A stretch of DNA of 64,000 nt from a virus (taxonomy: Duplodnaviria; Caudoviricetes), in IMG/VR virus record IMGVR_UViG_3300047159_000056, positions 1-64,000 of that record, one strand, 5' to 3'. A model generated the notes under the pieces. The model saw only the letters and a list, made by a program, of their open reading frames with translations, was not told the DNA's origin and ran no database searches. Position numbers and translations under genes: made by a program. Positions 61,726-64,000 of this stretch are shown piece by piece. The number at the start of each line of letters is the position of its first letter. The first letter of the stretch is position 1.

Positions 61726-62265
61726 ATGGAAAGAATAAAATATGTTGTAGAAGCATTACAATCCAATGGGGAATGGGTTCCTAGAATGGAATATTATAAT
61801 AGTTATGAGGCTAATCTTGAGTTAGAGAATGAGAAAAATCTAACCAAGTCTGATATCTTAATGGAAGAAGAAACAGAAGATCGTCCAGTAGATTTTAGGG
61901 TAACTGAAAAGCCGGAGCACTATATAGTTATGGGAACTAATGATAGAGAAAGTTTATTATTTAATGACTTACTAAACCTAGAAAATTTTATTGAGTCTAA
62001 CGATAAGGTAGTCCTAAGAAGGTTATCAATATGGTTTGGCCCAGAAACAGATCAAGATTTTATAGAAGAAATGGGAGACAGAACTAACCTAATGATAGTA
62101 GAATTTAGAAGAAAAAAGAAACATTGGTGGTCTCCTCTTCCAAAATATAAGCATATGTTTTTATGTTTCTATAGTGAGTCTGATTATCTTGAAAATATAG
62201 ACTACTTAGTAAACAAAAAATATTATAAAGAAGTCAAATCAGAATCTATAAAACTTGTCTTATGA
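61726..62265 (+). CDS. hypothetical protein
   Basis: 179 aa. Confidence 0.75.
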   Translation: MERIKYVVEALQSNGEWVPRMEYYNSYEANLELENEKNLTKSDILMEEETEDRPVDFRVTEKPEHYIVMGTNDRESLLFNDLLNLENFIESNDKVVLRRLSIWFGPETDQDFIEEMGDRTNLMIVEFRRKKKHWWSPLPKYKHMFLCFYSESDYLENIDYLVNKKYYKEVKSESIKLVL

Positions 62266-62579
62266 ACAACAAATATATAGAAACTGGAGAGGATGATTTT
62301 AGTTACAATAAACGTTTAGATCACCTAGATATTGTAGGAAAGCCTATATCTCTCGGTGATATTGTGGTTTATGTTATTGATCGTGGAGAATCTAGAAATC
62401 TTTCAATTGGCAAAGTCTATATGATGTCAAAGACGGGAGATAGAATTTATATAATAGATAAATCTAGTCCAGACTATGATAAAGATATTGAAACCTTAAG
62501 AGAAGCAAGCATCAATAATAGCTATAATATTTGCCATACCTGCTTTAGAAATTCTCTTAATACATATGCAATAAAATGA
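62262..62579 (+). CDS. hypothetical protein
   Basis: 105 aa, DIVGKPISLGDIVVY. Confidence 0.7.
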   Translation: MNNKYIETGEDDFSYNKRLDHLDIVGKPISLGDIVVYVIDRGESRNLSIGKVYMMSKTGDRIYIIDKSSPDYDKDIETLREASINNSYNICHTCFRNSLNTYAIK

Positions 62580-63223
62580 AAAACAAGATTAAAGACTTTG
62601 TAATTAATAAGAATTACAAAAATTGTGTAGTAGACTTAGTGGATCCTTCTGATGAAAAATTTATTGATAACTTAGTGGATAGTGGACTTAGAGGCCTATA
62701 TCTAGATCTTAGTGATGAATTAAAAGATCAGTGGAGTGTAGATTTTTGGGAGAACATACCACTTGTTCCTCAGCCAGAAAAAGATAAGATGTTCTGTGAT
62801 ATTCTATTTACAGAGGACTTAAAAATTTGTAAGAAGGCAAGAGAGAATACTAGTGATTTTATTCTAGATAGATCCAAGTGTGCCTTTACTAATAGAGTAG
62901 GTCCTAAGAAGAATATAATAGAATATGTTTCCACCTTTGATTATGGTCCAAATATCGTGGAGTATATTTATTGGTGTGGTTCTTATTTTACTATTTTTAT
63001 ACCATACAGAGGAAATTGGTTAAATCTAGATACTAAGAAGATGCTTTATCAGGATATGGATAAAGATATTGACTATATAAAAAGCCAGGGAGTTAAGATA
63101 GATGAAGAGGAAGATTCTATCCTGGAAGCTCTAGGGCGTGTATGGAAAAGTTTAGGCGTTGGGATTGATTCATATGGTTATCCCCTGCCAAATTATAAAG
63201 AATGTAGAAAGGAGATTATATGA
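62576..63223 (+). CDS. hypothetical protein
   Basis: 215 aa, coupled. Confidence 0.72.
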   Translation: MKNKIKDFVINKNYKNCVVDLVDPSDEKFIDNLVDSGLRGLYLDLSDELKDQWSVDFWENIPLVPQPEKDKMFCDILFTEDLKICKKARENTSDFILDRSKCAFTNRVGPKKNIIEYVSTFDYGPNIVEYIYWCGSYFTIFIPYRGNWLNLDTKKMLYQDMDKDIDYIKSQGVKIDEEEDSILEALGRVWKSLGVGIDSYGYPLPNYKECRKEII

Positions 63224-63426
63224 AAATTAAGAATGAATCAGGAAAAATTACTATTACATTTAGTTTTAAGCCTCTTCTCTTATCACTGATCTTACTTGTC
63301 TTAAGATTGACAGGTGTAATAGGTTGGTCTTATTGGTGGATATTTTCTCCAATAATTGCTCAGTCTGCTTATATATTTCTTGTTTACTTAATAGTAGTAA
63401 TAGTGTGGACGATAAAGAAGAGTTAA
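63220..63426 (+). CDS. small membrane protein
   Basis: Two TM segments, GVIGWSYWWIFSPI. Confidence 0.7.
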   Translation: MKIKNESGKITITFSFKPLLLSLILLVLRLTGVIGWSYWWIFSPIIAQSAYIFLVYLIVVIVWTIKKS

Positions 63427-63577
63427 AGAATATATTAGAATTTTTAAAACTAGATGGAGGAAATAAGACTGAATTTATAGGAGAGCCAAGTCCTAGGGTA
63501 AAAGAAAAATTAGAAGAGCTAGGACTTGAAGTTTTAACTATAGGAGGTTTTATAGAATCACCAGTAACAATAATAAG

Positions 63578-63868
63578 ATGGAAAAAGAGGAGTATATAGA
63601 TTGGTTAGAAAAGTCCTATATGAATAACTTAGGACCAATTAGAAAAGAAATAAAAGACTTAGTTAGACAATCTTTTGATCTTGGCGCAAAGAATGTCAAC
63701 CTAGATAATATAAATCTTGGAGAACTTGAGAAAGAGTTTCCAGAATTATATGAAACCTTAGCTAGAGGATTTGTTTCTGGTATTAGGCTTGGTACTTCAT
63801 TTAAGAATAGTAATATGGAGGACTTAGAACAAATAGTAAAAAACAATCCCGGAGGTTTAGTAAAATAA
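63578..63868 (+). CDS. hypothetical protein
   Basis: 96 aa followed by a terminator. Confidence 0.7.
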   Translation: MEKEEYIDWLEKSYMNNLGPIRKEIKDLVRQSFDLGAKNVNLDNINLGELEKEFPELYETLARGFVSGIRLGTSFKNSNMEDLEQIVKNNPGGLVK

Positions 63869-64000
63869 AGAATAAAAGAGAGACTGAAATATGTCTCTCT
63901 GCTTTTTTCTTACACTAGTTTCCTTATATATGAAAAATAATTAATTTTAAAAATAGAAAGAAAAATGGAAAAATTAAAAGCAAAGTGTTTATCACAAAGA

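Noticed and set aside
3235-63846. Opposite-strand shadow ORFs (e.g. 3235-3489, 15593-15856, 16643-16975, 17969-18265, 42520-42909, 57364-57615, 63616-63846)
   Set aside because: Antisense to better-supported genes, S/F/L/I-biased composition, no promoter or leader
1-64000. Stop-codon reassignment (TAG to Gln)
   Set aside because: Long intact ORFs under code 11, genes such as pncA, nfi and hsp20 end properly at TAG, and the breaks checked are frameshifts

Overview
AT-rich, densely packed segment of a large dsDNA phage genome. A Bacteroidota host is inferred from A-rich leaders lacking Shine-Dalgarno sites and from a recurring promoter CCTTAnnnnTG that resembles the TAnnTTTG -7 element. TAG is used as a stop. 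No virion structural genes are recognisable. The window holds tandem paralog families of hypothetical proteins, an IS607-family element (serine recombinase + TnpB), an AAA+/M41 protease, an M42 peptidase, initiator tRNA-Met, IF-1, nucleases, a macrodomain, SLOG and NDT-like proteins, nicotinamidase, endonuclease V, an IMPDH-like protein, TelA, Hsp20 and a degenerate split P-type ATPase. The most striking feature is a tandem array of seven separately promoted non-coding mini-transcripts (48684-49520), with two orphan copies elsewhere. Each has a variable 5' segment and a conserved GUGA-loop terminator hairpin, and most variable segments are the reverse complement of an A-rich leader plus start codon, which suggests a battery of antisense translation-silencing sRNAs. 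The array lies directly downstream of an atypical SF2-helicase-like gene and a candidate replication origin. Other RNA-level signals are a conserved AAUAGU-loop 5'-leader hairpin on about 10 small genes and an HDV-topology ribozyme candidate. Many single-base frameshifts suggest assembly errors. All calls come from reading the sequence by eye; no searches were run.
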